From assembly GCA_963934255.1 (NCBI GenBank), contig CAWVXU010000003.1, positions 1 through 64,000 of the forward strand: a DNA stretch of 64,000 nt. Direction: 5' to 3'. Under the pieces are notes generated by a model that had not been told where the DNA came from, did no database searches, and saw nothing but the letters and a program-made list of their open reading frames with translations. This document shows, piece after piece, positions 29,942 to 38,955 of the stretch (positions are counted from its first letter, which is position 1; every line of letters starts with the position of its first letter). Source of the DNA: an uncultured Fibrobacterales bacterium. GTDB lineage: Bacteria > Fibrobacterota > Fibrobacteria > Fibrobacterales > CAWVXU01. The position numbers and the translations under genes are program-made.

Positions 29942-30118
29942 TTATGCTGAAAGGTCAATTCCGCCACTTGCTTGCGCTGGTGGAGCTGGGATTGCATTAA
30001 TTAAATCAAGTTGAGTTTTGCTTTGTTCTTGGGATGCTTTGAGCAGTTTAATACCGATCTCATTACCAGCTTGAGCAGCTTGAAGTGCGGCAGCACCGCC
30101 TAGTCCTGAAATATCCAT
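29942..30118 (-). CDS. Small YjfB-like putative motility protein (58 aa)
   Basis: MDISGL...IGIKLLKASQEQ...GGIDLSA; GGAAGG upstream of ATG 30118. The ORF-track N-terminal extension overlaps the promoter. Confidence 0.75.
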   Translation of the reverse strand: MDISGLGGAAALQAAQAGNEIGIKLLKASQEQSKTQLDLINAIPAPPAQASGGIDLSA

Positions 30119-30158
30119 CACCTTCCTTCTTCCTTGAATTAGATTAGGGCTATTCAAT

Positions 30159-30185
30159 ATATCGGTAAGGTTTCTCAGAACTTTA
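30159..30185 (-). promoter_or_regulatory. Sigma-28 (FliA) promoter
   Basis: Minus strand TAAA-N15-ACCGATAT versus consensus TAAA-N15-GCCGATAA, 40 nt upstream of the ATG. Confidence 0.75.
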
Positions 30186-30335
30186 GCTTTCACTTTAACT
30201 TTCTGTAAAAATTTCTTGTGTTTTTTGGGTTTAGAGGCTTTCATTGGTCTTTAGTCTCTATATGATGAGTTTTTAAGCTGTATTTTCTCTGAATTATTTA
30301 AATATTGGTAAAATTGATTAAAGTAGGGTGCACCC

Positions 30336-31613
30336 ATGAATTCATCAGCAGTATTAGAAAAATATGGAAATCTAATCCATCTTAGTCCCACTCCTTTTCA
30401 TGCAGTCACTATGAGTAAAGAACTTCTTCTGACTAGCGGTTTTCAAGAACTCCAGGACTCCGGCACTTGGGAATTAAGCCCAGGTGAGAGCTACTTTGTC
30501 ATACGTGAGAACTCGGCAATTATTGCGTTTAAAATACCTCAAAATTTATCATCCACTCCCGCCTTCAGAATTGTTGGGTCACACACTGACTCCCCCTGCT
30601 TTAAACTCAAATCCAATCCGACTTTAGCCAAAGAGGGATATCAGCAACTCAATGCTGAAGTTTATGGTTCGCCCTTGCTTAATAGTTGGCTTGACCGCGA
30701 TCTAAAAATGAGCGGGCTTGTCGTGGGTATGAGAAATGGCGAACTTTGTGACAAGATTTGCCAATTGCCTTGGGTCGCTCGCATCCCCCAACTTGCTATT
30801 CACTTGGATCGCAATCTCAGTAAAGATGGACTCAAGCTCAATTCTCAAACTGAAATGACTCCTGTAATTGGGCTCGGATCCCAAACTCATGGAGAGTTTA
30901 AAAAGACTTTAGCTGATATTTTGAAGTTTGATGAAATCCTTTCTTGGGACCTTTGTTTTCATGACACCCAAGCTCCCGCTTTAGGCGGTATGAACTCAGA
31001 ATTTTTATTAGCTCCTCGACTTGATAATTTAGCGATGTTCTTCACCTCGGTTCACTCTTTAATCGAAACTCAAACAAGCTCATCACTTATCCCCATCATC
31101 GCAGCATTTAACCATGAGGAGGTCGGATCCACTTCACACGAAGGTGCCTCAGGCAACTTTCTTGAAAGCATACTTGAACGAGTATCTCAATCGCTTTCTA
31201 TGGAACGCTGCTCCTATCTCGAATCCCTACCGCGCTCCCTTTTTATGAGTGCTGACATGGCTCACGCAATACACCCCAATTTCCCTGGACGACACGACGC
31301 ATCTCATGCTCCTCAAATCAACAACGGACCAGTACTCAAGACCAACGTCAATCAAAGATACGCCACAAGCGCCTCAAGTGCCGCCAAAATAAAGTTGATT
31401 GCAAAGCAAGCCAATGTTGATTTGCAGGACTTTCATTCGCGAAATGACATGGGTTGTGGCTCCACGATTGGACCTTCAAGTTGCTCAAGGCTTGGAATCC
31501 CGGGGCTAGATATTGGCAACCCAATGCTATCTATGCACTCTATTCGAGAAATGTGTGGTGTAGAGGATTTTGAGGCTATGGAAAGATTAATACAGAAATT
31601 CTTTGAATACTGA
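30336..31613 (+). CDS. M18 family aspartyl aminopeptidase
   Basis: SPTPFHAV, GSHTDSP, SWLDRDL, RLDNL, HEEVGS, SADMAHAIHPN, CGSTIGP, MHSIRE. Confidence 0.95.
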   Translation: MNSSAVLEKYGNLIHLSPTPFHAVTMSKELLLTSGFQELQDSGTWELSPGESYFVIRENSAIIAFKIPQNLSSTPAFRIVGSHTDSPCFKLKSNPTLAKEGYQQLNAEVYGSPLLNSWLDRDLKMSGLVVGMRNGELCDKICQLPWVARIPQLAIHLDRNLSKDGLKLNSQTEMTPVIGLGSQTHGEFKKTLADILKFDEILSWDLCFHDTQAPALGGMNSEFLLAPRLDNLAMFFTSVHSLIETQTSSSLIPIIAAFNHEEVGSTSHEGASGNFLESILERVSQSLSMERCSYLESLPRSLFMSADMAHAIHPNFPGRHDASHAPQINNGPVLKTNVNQRYATSASSAAKIKLIAKQANVDLQDFHSRNDMGCGSTIGPSSCSRLGIPGLDIGNPMLSMHSIREMCGVEDFEAMERLIQKFFEY

Positions 31614-31690
31614 CATTTCTTTTTTGTAAATTATAGGATAGGGAAGAGTCTTTTGTTAAGTTAACATTAGGTTGAGTATCGAGGAATTGA

Positions 31691-32170
31691 ATGAGTCAAG
31701 ACCCTTACATTCTAGATGAAAATGAACTTCAATTGCTAAAGGATGAGGCGCTGCCTTTTTTTCATGAGCATTTAGAAGAATTCAGAAACTATGTCGTTCT
31801 CAAACTTGAAGATGATGCGCATGCATCTCTTTGGAAAATCACGATTGACTTTGTTTCTCATCTTAATTTGCCATTCAATATGCAACGATATATGAGCGTT
31901 CAAACCCAAAAAATTCGTAAATGCCTTATGGAAAACGAAGCTCAAAACAAACTCGATTATCAATCAGTCAAAGTAGAAAAACAAAAGCTTGTAGCAGATT
32001 GGATTCGACGCGAAGCTCAATCTCACCGTGAAGATCAAATTAAAGCTCAAAAGTCTTGTCTAAATCAATTTAAAAAACAGTTTGAAAAAGCACTTTATAA
32101 AGAACTATTCACATGTGATATCCCGCTCCCACTCCTTAATATCATCATCAGCCACGACAACAACGTTTAG
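31691..32170 (+). CDS. Hypothetical protein
   Basis: 159-aa helical ORF with GAGG Shine-Dalgarno; no family recognised. Confidence 0.6.
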   Translation: MSQDPYILDENELQLLKDEALPFFHEHLEEFRNYVVLKLEDDAHASLWKITIDFVSHLNLPFNMQRYMSVQTQKIRKCLMENEAQNKLDYQSVKVEKQKLVADWIRREAQSHREDQIKAQKSCLNQFKKQFEKALYKELFTCDIPLPLLNIIISHDNNV

Positions 32171-32217
32171 TAAAACCTTATTCTAATTGAGTCTAAAGCT
32201 TTTTAAAAAACGAATCT

Positions 32218-32997
32218 TTAAGGTCGTACGACGCCATTCTTTGCATTTTCAATCCATTTAGATATCGTTTTTCTAGAATATTCATCAACTGTTTGATCCA
32301 CAACAATATCTTCTAGTTTAACTTTAATTGAACCCGAAGCAAAAGCCACATCAAGAATTTTTCGGAAGGTTTTAATCTGTATAGAATCAAACCCGGCTTT
32401 GCGCAGCCCGACAATATTGAGTCCAGCCCACTTCAATGGCTCACCCAAGGCTCGAGACCAGGGAGGTACATCGCGTACTACTTTAAGTGTGCCCCCCATA
32501 AAACTATACTCACCAATTCGAGTAAACTGCTGTACAGCCACTCCACCCCCGAGTACCGCACCTTGACCAATAAAGACGTGTCCACCTAGTTGAACTCTAT
32601 TAGCTAACACGACATCATTTTCTAAAACACAATCGTGAGCCACATGCGCGTAGGCCATCACAAGACAACGTTCACCCACTTTTGTAGGTATGTGAGTATC
32701 GACACTAGAATTAAGTGTTGTGTATTCTCTCAGCGTTGTATGAGAACCAATAATCAGTCCAGCAGTCTGTCCTTCAAACTTCATATCTTGTGGAGGAGAG
32801 CCCACAATGGCTCCATCAAATACTTTGACATTTTCTCCGAGCCGAACCCCTGGATAGAGATGGGCTCGAGGAGATATATGACAACCATCTCCAATGACCA
32901 CATCAGCATCGATGACAGCATCAGCGTCAATGGAAACTCCTGAACCAATAATTGTTTCAGGAGAGACGATTGCCCTTGGGTGAATTAAAGAATTCAC
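32218..32997 (-). CDS. lpxA: UDP-N-acetylglucosamine O-acyltransferase
   Basis: IHPRAIV, PPQDMKF, LREYTT, MAYAHVAHDC, GLNIVGLRKAGF. Confidence 0.93.
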   Translation of the reverse strand: MNSLIHPRAIVSPETIIGSGVSIDADAVIDADVVIGDGCHISPRAHLYPGVRLGENVKVFDGAIVGSPPQDMKFEGQTAGLIIGSHTTLREYTTLNSSVDTHIPTKVGERCLVMAYAHVAHDCVLENDVVLANRVQLGGHVFIGQGAVLGGGVAVQQFTRIGEYSFMGGTLKVVRDVPPWSRALGEPLKWAGLNIVGLRKAGFDSIQIKTFRKILDVAFASGSIKVKLEDIVVDQTVDEYSRKTISKWIENAKNGVVRP

Positions 32998-33005
32998 CTT
33001 TTTAA

Positions 33006-33476
33006 TTACACCATAGTTGCAGTAAGAACTGCATCAGATACACATTTGTCACCCACATAACACTTGGCTTGTGCTGAACCAATTCCACGACGGAATTTTT
33101 CAATATTAACTTCCATGCGAATAGTATCACCTGGGCGAACTGGTGCACGGAAACGACATTTGTCCACACCCATAAATGCAGGACGCTTACCTTGGGTAAA
33201 TTCTGGCTCAGCCAAATACATCAAGATACAGAAAACTTGTGCCATCGCTTCAACTTGCATCACACCAGGCATGACAGGCTCTGAAGGGAAGTGACCTTGG
33301 AAATAGGGCTCGTTAAATGTCACATTTTTGATTGCAGTGATGACGCCATCCTCAAATGATACAACTTTATCTACCAGAAGAAAGGGATATCTATGAGGAA
33401 GTATCTCTAAAATCCCAGCATAATCAATCAATACGTTGGGGTCTTGGGGCTTGGGTAGGTTATCTAAAATACTCAT
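33006..33476 (-). CDS. fabZ: 3-hydroxyacyl-ACP dehydratase
   Basis: LPHRYPFLLVD, KNVTFNEPYFQGHFP, MPGVMQVEAMAQ, FRAPVRPGD. Confidence 0.97.
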   Translation of the reverse strand: MSILDNLPKPQDPNVLIDYAGILEILPHRYPFLLVDKVVSFEDGVITAIKNVTFNEPYFQGHFPSEPVMPGVMQVEAMAQVFCILMYLAEPEFTQGKRPAFMGVDKCRFRAPVRPGDTIRMEVNIEKFRRGIGSAQAKCYVGDKCVSDAVLTATMV

Positions 33477-34398
33477 CTAAAAGTCCTTTTAAGATTTGGT
33501 GGTGTTCAAAGTGTCCTGCATTTCGCAAGGAGTACGGTCCTCTTGGGAGCCTGAGAGAGAAGATAGCCAAATCACCAATGAAATCCACACATTTATGTAA
33601 GAGAAATTCACGCTCAATAGAGCCTTGAGGAACACGATGATAGTGATTCCAAGTCCAAACTCCTAAGCCCGGCCCCTGCTGAATACTAGCCCACCCGGAT
33701 TCAAAATTGGCACCGACCAGAAGACCTTTGTTTTTGAGCGCTTCCAAATCCTTAGCTTGAATAAAGCTTCGGGCACAAAGAAGTTCTTGGATTAATTGAC
33801 TTTTTTCAAGCAAAGACAGGCTACCTAAACTCCAGACCACTTGCCCAGAAGAATTAGCATTTTTTAGATGAGTGAGTTCATATTGAATTAAAAACTGAGT
33901 GCCGTTTTGATGGCCATTATTTATTAGGAAGTTATGAATCAACTCATCTTTTGTGATTGCTAAGGTTTGAGTAAGATGAATAATCCATGGCCAAGCACTG
34001 CCATCTAAAATTGGGAACTCCTCCGACTCCAATCTCACATAGAGATCTTTATTGAGAATTTGAAAACTTGGATATGCAAATACTAGTGCAGCAAGGAAAT
34101 GCTCTGGAGTCTTGAGCTGAAAAGTATCTCGGTTAACAATGTCTTTTTTAAATTTTTGCCCTGAGAATGTCACTGAGTCATCCAGAAGAAGTGTCATCCA
34201 GGTAGCGTTAAAAGCTTCTAATTTTGGTGCTTGCTTCAAAGCCCACACTCCCTCTTCGTACCATTTCTGATAACTACTCATACCCTGGAGTTTAATAAAG
34301 ACTCGACCTTGCCCTGAAAGAGTGTAAAGATGGACTTGATTAAGAATATCTGAGTGAACACCTCGACCCTGAACTTCAGCTTTCACTGATTTTCTCAT
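33460..34398 (-). CDS. lpxC: Divergent UDP-3-O-acyl-GlcNAc deacetylase
   Basis: GRGVHS, TPEHFLAAL, EFPILDGSA, ARSF, HKCVDFIGDL, AGH; lies between lpxD and fabZ. Confidence 0.8.
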   Translation of the reverse strand: MRKSVKAEVQGRGVHSDILNQVHLYTLSGQGRVFIKLQGMSSYQKWYEEGVWALKQAPKLEAFNATWMTLLLDDSVTFSGQKFKKDIVNRDTFQLKTPEHFLAALVFAYPSFQILNKDLYVRLESEEFPILDGSAWPWIIHLTQTLAITKDELIHNFLINNGHQNGTQFLIQYELTHLKNANSSGQVVWSLGSLSLLEKSQLIQELLCARSFIQAKDLEALKNKGLLVGANFESGWASIQQGPGLGVWTWNHYHRVPQGSIEREFLLHKCVDFIGDLAIFSLRLPRGPYSLRNAGHFEHHQILKGLLDEYFR

Positions 34399-35512
34399 CT
34401 GGATTTTCTGTGGTTTCTGAAAACTTTATACTGTCGGAGATCGTAGCAGCCTTGTTTGTAGACTTTTCATGAGTCAATAAATAGTTCATACGATGCCATT
34501 TTCTAATAGGCATTGATGGGAACCCTGCATGGGTCATTCCCGCTTGAACATCCTTGATCACTCCGGCTTTGGCTGCTATTTGAGCTCCGGTCCCGATGGT
34601 GATGTGGTCTTTAATCTGCGCTCCCCCAGCGATAGCTACATTATCACCAATAACACTTGAGCCACCTACACCACTTTGTGACGCCATAAATACATTTTTG
34701 CCTAGAAGGGTATGGTGACCTATTTGCACAAAGCTATCAAGCTGTGAACCCGTTCCTACTTGAGTAGGGATAAGAGAGCCTGAAGCGATGACGCATTGAG
34801 GACCAATTGACACTCTGTCTTCAATCTTGACTCCAGCTAGATGAGGGATATGTTGACCTTCTTTGTCATAGCCAAATCCTTCACTACCAATCACCGTATT
34901 AGCCATGATATGTGAATCTGCACCAATTGTCGAACCTGGATAAATCTTCACACCTGCATCAATCTTGGTATTCTCACCAATCGAGGTGTTAGTTCCTATC
35001 CAAACAAGTGGACCAATGCTAACACCAATCGCGATAGAGCCCTCTACCACCGAGCTAGGGTGAATCTGAGCTTGTTGAGTTATGTGCCGGGAATCTGTAG
35101 CTGATTCTTTATGACCTATATCTTCTGTCTGCCCAAACTTTTCTAATGTCAATTCTTCCAAGACATCTCTATGGAGGAAATCACCTAACTGTATTTTTAA
35201 TTGAAGTTGAGCCAATGGGTCGTTGAAAATTGAAAAATTCCAATTTATTAATAAATCAGGTTGTATGTTCAATCGTTTAATAAGGTAGTTCTTAGATGAT
35301 TTAGAGACCCAGAAATGTAAAGTTAGATACAGTAATTTCTGAATATTTTCTTCGGATTCTGGTTGCGAATTGAAATGTAAATCAAGCCAAGAATCAACAT
35401 CTGCGATCTTATTAAGGATGATAAGAGAGTTTTTGATTGGATATTCTCTTGGATCGAGAATTTGCTTTATAGAGATATTTGCTAATTCACTAGCTGGATT
35501 AACTTTTAACAC
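34376..35512 (-). CDS. lpxD: UDP-3-O-acylglucosamine N-acyltransferase with unrecognisable N-terminal third
   Basis: VIGSEGFGY, IPHLAGVKIED, LDSFVQIGHH, DHITIG, GFPSMP; start uncertain. Confidence 0.85.
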   Translation of the reverse strand: MLKVNPASELANISIKQILDPREYPIKNSLIILNKIADVDSWLDLHFNSQPESEENIQKLLYLTLHFWVSKSSKNYLIKRLNIQPDLLINWNFSIFNDPLAQLQLKIQLGDFLHRDVLEELTLEKFGQTEDIGHKESATDSRHITQQAQIHPSSVVEGSIAIGVSIGPLVWIGTNTSIGENTKIDAGVKIYPGSTIGADSHIMANTVIGSEGFGYDKEGQHIPHLAGVKIEDRVSIGPQCVIASGSLIPTQVGTGSQLDSFVQIGHHTLLGKNVFMASQSGVGGSSVIGDNVAIAGGAQIKDHITIGTGAQIAAKAGVIKDVQAGMTHAGFPSMPIRKWHRMNYLLTHEKSTNKAATISDSIKFSETTENPDEKISES

Positions 35513-35527
35513 AAGGCTATTAGAAGG

Positions 35528-36043
35528 TTAAGGCTTTTTAGTCGCGTTTAACTCGTCAAGTACTCTTTGAGTCAAATCATGCTCAGCTTTCCAAAAAACG
35601 ACTGCACCACTTGCTCTATCGACAACCATATCATAGCCTTCTTGTAAAGATATTTCGTTGATGGCTGCTCGCACTTCTTGAATAAGTGGGGCTGAGATTT
35701 TTTGATTTTCTGCTACAAGCTCGCCATTCATACCATAAATCTTATCAACAAAAGCGCCCAGTGTTGCTTCTTTTTGTGCAAGCTCACCCTCCAACTCTTG
35801 CTTTTTTTCTTCAGATAGGATAAGTGATTGTTTGTCAAGTTGCTCAAGAAGATAGGCGACTTCTTTTTGAAGCAAGTTAGATTCTTGCTCCCACTTGGCT
35901 AACTTTTGATCATATTGATCTTGAATACTTGAAGCACCCTTGTATTTTTTGAGGATTATTCTGGAGTCTACATGAGCCACTCTCATATCTTGTGACCAAG
36001 TCAAAGATATCATCACTACAAGAAGTAATATAAAGTGCCTCAT
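35528..36043 (-). CDS. skp: OmpH/Skp periplasmic chaperone
   Basis: Signal peptide, RVAHVDS, coiled coil, EGYDMVVD...DLTQRVL; follows bamA. Confidence 0.9.
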   Translation of the reverse strand: MRHFILLLVVMISLTWSQDMRVAHVDSRIILKKYKGASSIQDQYDQKLAKWEQESNLLQKEVAYLLEQLDKQSLILSEEKKQELEGELAQKEATLGAFVDKIYGMNGELVAENQKISAPLIQEVRAAINEISLQEGYDMVVDRASGAVVFWKAEHDLTQRVLDELNATKKP

Positions 36044-36052
36044 TATCTCTCC

Positions 36053-38842
36053 TTAGAAACCTTGTTCAATCACAAAGTTAAGCCTGTACTCGTCTGAATA
36101 GTTAGTGCCTTCAATTTGGTTTAATTTATCCATATCTAATGGCCAACCAAAGTCAAATCCAATAATCCCCAACATAGGCACAATAACTCTAAACCCAAAA
36201 CCAACGTCTCTCACCATTTGGTTGAGGTCAATTTCTTCCCAAGGCTTAGGAAGATCTTTTTCTTCAGGTACATCGGATGATTCGGAGAAAGACTGCCCGT
36301 ATACCATACCAGCATCGAAGAATGCTTGTAAATAGAATCTGTTTTCCGCAACTGGATATGTCAACTGAGAAGTAAATGAACTATAGGTACGTCCAATTCG
36401 ACTGAGACCAATCGCACCTGGGTCATATCCACGCATTTTACCCTGATAGCCGAGCATACCACCCATCTGATAGAGTGAAAAATATTGAATTGAAGGTCCA
36501 GCGATAATGCCTAAATGATTTTCAAGACCGAGAGCGAGACCACCCACAATTGGGAACCACCACTTAATTTCAGTTTCTGTTTTAATAAAATTAAAGTTGT
36601 CTTGCTTTCTATAATCCGTTGATTCCACAATTGGAAAAGCATAAGTAACTGATACTTTGTAGCGAGAACCTTCTGTAGGAAATTGTGGTAAATTTTTATC
36701 ATCACGAATCAGTGTGATACCAGCTGATGTTTCATACCCAGTCTTTTGAATGATGCCCCGATTGTTATCACCTTGAACATTTTCTTGGAATGAAAGATCA
36801 CTCTGTACGTAGAAGTAATCGTCAGGCCAAGTTAAGCGACGCCCAAGGAATGTAGAGACACCACGACGCATCACATCTTCACGACCTGCTAATTTGTATT
36901 TCGAATAGTTAGCACGAGCTCCAAGACTTGTTGGCGTATCCATAAACCAAGGCTCACTAAATCCAATTGAGTAATTTTCACGGTTAGCACCATATTCAAT
37001 ATTAAGATCTGCCCGTTGCCCATCACCCAAACAACAGTTAGGGATAGAAAGCCCCAAAGTACCCACAAGACCATCACGAGCTGAAAATGCCATACCTGCG
37101 GTAAACTGCCCTGTACCAGCTTCGCGCTCTGCTACACTAAAGACAAGATCAACTTCCTGCTCACCTACCACTTTAACATCAGGAAGAACATTATCAAAAT
37201 AGTTGAGCTGCATGATATCTCGGAAAGATCTTTCCATAAGAGATTGACGATATGTGTCGCCAGGGAAAAGTTTGATTTCACGACGAATCACTTTATCTTT
37301 AGTCGTTGTATTATCAGTGATGATGACTTTACGAACCGAAGCAGGCAATCCTTCAGTTATCACAAAAGTGACATCGACTAGCGAATCTCTATAAGTTTTT
37401 TGTTCATCTATGCGGACAAACAAATATCCATCTTCGCGGTAAAGACCGTAGACTCGTTGAACCATTTCCTGATATTTAGCTTCATTGAAAGTTTCGCCTT
37501 CTACAAGATTGACTTGAGAGTTGAGTACTGGATCAGTCAGGACTTTGTTTTCTAAAAAGGTAAAGCGCCCAGCATAGTATTTGCGGCCTTCATGTACCTT
37601 TGAGTATAAACGAACTTTAGAAGAATGAATTGACTCAGAGAAGCGAGCTAGTGGATAGTTTTCTTCTAAGATTAAACGAAGCGCCAAACGATCATCTATT
37701 GCTGAGCGCTTTGTTTGTGATAATAATTTAGTTAATTTTGCGTTTTTGAATGTACGGTCTTCTACAAGGATATCTATAGCAAGGCTTCTTAGCTCTTCTT
37801 GTTCAATAAGTCGGTTAAGAAACAGCACTAGCTCTTCTTCATTACCAAACGGCTTTACGCGAGTTGATTGAGGTGTTTTGCCTTTAGCGCCAAAGCGTCT
37901 CTTGTAAAGATTATTAGTGCTTTGGTTTTGATCATATAACCGAGCAAGTGCTGAGCCCTCTTTGAGAATATCTTCGTTAACAGATTTAAGTAAAGTACCG
38001 AGTTCGATATCACCTTGAGTGATATCCCCTCCATAAAATCTATAGCTTGTATCAGGTAAGTATTCATTTCTATATTCAAGTACCTCCGCATCTAAATATC
38101 CAAATCGATGATAGGTATTAACAATACTGTCTTGATCTGACTCCCAAGCTTCTTCTTTATACTCACCAGCTGCGTACCAGTGATCAACAGAAGACTCTAA
38201 ATGTTTTATGATTTCTTCGGCATTAACAAGGGTATTGCCTTCAATTTTAATTTCTTCAACTGTGACTTTTTGTCCTTCAACAATTCTAAAAGTCACATCT
38301 GTGCGACCTGTTTCCGGATTCACAATTTTATCTAGATAGACTTCCACAAGTAAAAATCCATCGTCTTTATACTGTTGAATTATACGCTGGCGATTACGCT
38401 CTAAGTCTGCTTGTCCAAAGACTTGGCCCTCAACAAGACGAATACGGTCTTCAATGTCTTCAGTCATTATTTCGTCATTGCCGGACACTTCATATCGACC
38501 TAGGGTCGGGCGTTCGGTTATATTAAAGATAAATATGACATCTGATGTGGCATCGGGATATTCAACTTCAACATTGATGTCTGAAAAAAGACCTGATTTG
38601 TGAAGTTTTTCAATGGATTCAGAAACCTTATCACGCAAAATTGCAGGGTGATAGGATTTGTCTACTGTGAAGGTCAAACGAGACAATACGACGCTTTGAT
38701 CAACAAACTGATTGCCAAACACACGAATCTCTTTGACTCTGTTTGCTTTTAATTGAGTTGATTCGTTCAAGAATTGCGCTTGAACACTTTGAGGTCTACC
38801 CAAAGCAAGGAAAATAAAAATGACCAAATATCTCATATGCAT
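36053..38842 (-). CDS. bamA: Outer membrane assembly factor BamA
   Basis: Five POTRA repeats, TKDKVIRRE, FSEPWFMD, MRGY, GFGFRV..PMLG.IGFDFG, C-terminal F. Confidence 0.95.
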   Translation of the reverse strand: MHMRYLVIFIFLALGRPQSVQAQFLNESTQLKANRVKEIRVFGNQFVDQSVVLSRLTFTVDKSYHPAILRDKVSESIEKLHKSGLFSDINVEVEYPDATSDVIFIFNITERPTLGRYEVSGNDEIMTEDIEDRIRLVEGQVFGQADLERNRQRIIQQYKDDGFLLVEVYLDKIVNPETGRTDVTFRIVEGQKVTVEEIKIEGNTLVNAEEIIKHLESSVDHWYAAGEYKEEAWESDQDSIVNTYHRFGYLDAEVLEYRNEYLPDTSYRFYGGDITQGDIELGTLLKSVNEDILKEGSALARLYDQNQSTNNLYKRRFGAKGKTPQSTRVKPFGNEEELVLFLNRLIEQEELRSLAIDILVEDRTFKNAKLTKLLSQTKRSAIDDRLALRLILEENYPLARFSESIHSSKVRLYSKVHEGRKYYAGRFTFLENKVLTDPVLNSQVNLVEGETFNEAKYQEMVQRVYGLYREDGYLFVRIDEQKTYRDSLVDVTFVITEGLPASVRKVIITDNTTTKDKVIRREIKLFPGDTYRQSLMERSFRDIMQLNYFDNVLPDVKVVGEQEVDLVFSVAEREAGTGQFTAGMAFSARDGLVGTLGLSIPNCCLGDGQRADLNIEYGANRENYSIGFSEPWFMDTPTSLGARANYSKYKLAGREDVMRRGVSTFLGRRLTWPDDYFYVQSDLSFQENVQGDNNRGIIQKTGYETSAGITLIRDDKNLPQFPTEGSRYKVSVTYAFPIVESTDYRKQDNFNFIKTETEIKWWFPIVGGLALGLENHLGIIAGPSIQYFSLYQMGGMLGYQGKMRGYDPGAIGLSRIGRTYSSFTSQLTYPVAENRFYLQAFFDAGMVYGQSFSESSDVPEEKDLPKPWEEIDLNQMVRDVGFGFRVIVPMLGIIGFDFGWPLDMDKLNQIEGTNYSDEYRLNFVIEQGF

Positions 38843-38887
38843 GTAATAATCTTCTAAAATTTTGTTCTGCCAAGCTAGTGTAAAACT

Positions 38888-38913
38888 AAAAACCCGGAGT
38901 CTACGACACCGGG
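38888..38913 (-). terminator. Intrinsic terminator after clpC
   Basis: Minus strand CCCGGTGTC-GTA-GACTCCGGG-TTTTT. Confidence 0.65.
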
Positions 38914-38955
38914 CAAAATAACAAGTTCTAAGGCGAAAACCTTTATTTTTATGAT

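Noticed and set aside
30119..30244. N-terminal extension of the YjfB-like ORF in the track
   Set aside because: It covers the sigma-28 promoter and Shine-Dalgarno; the true start is more likely 30118.
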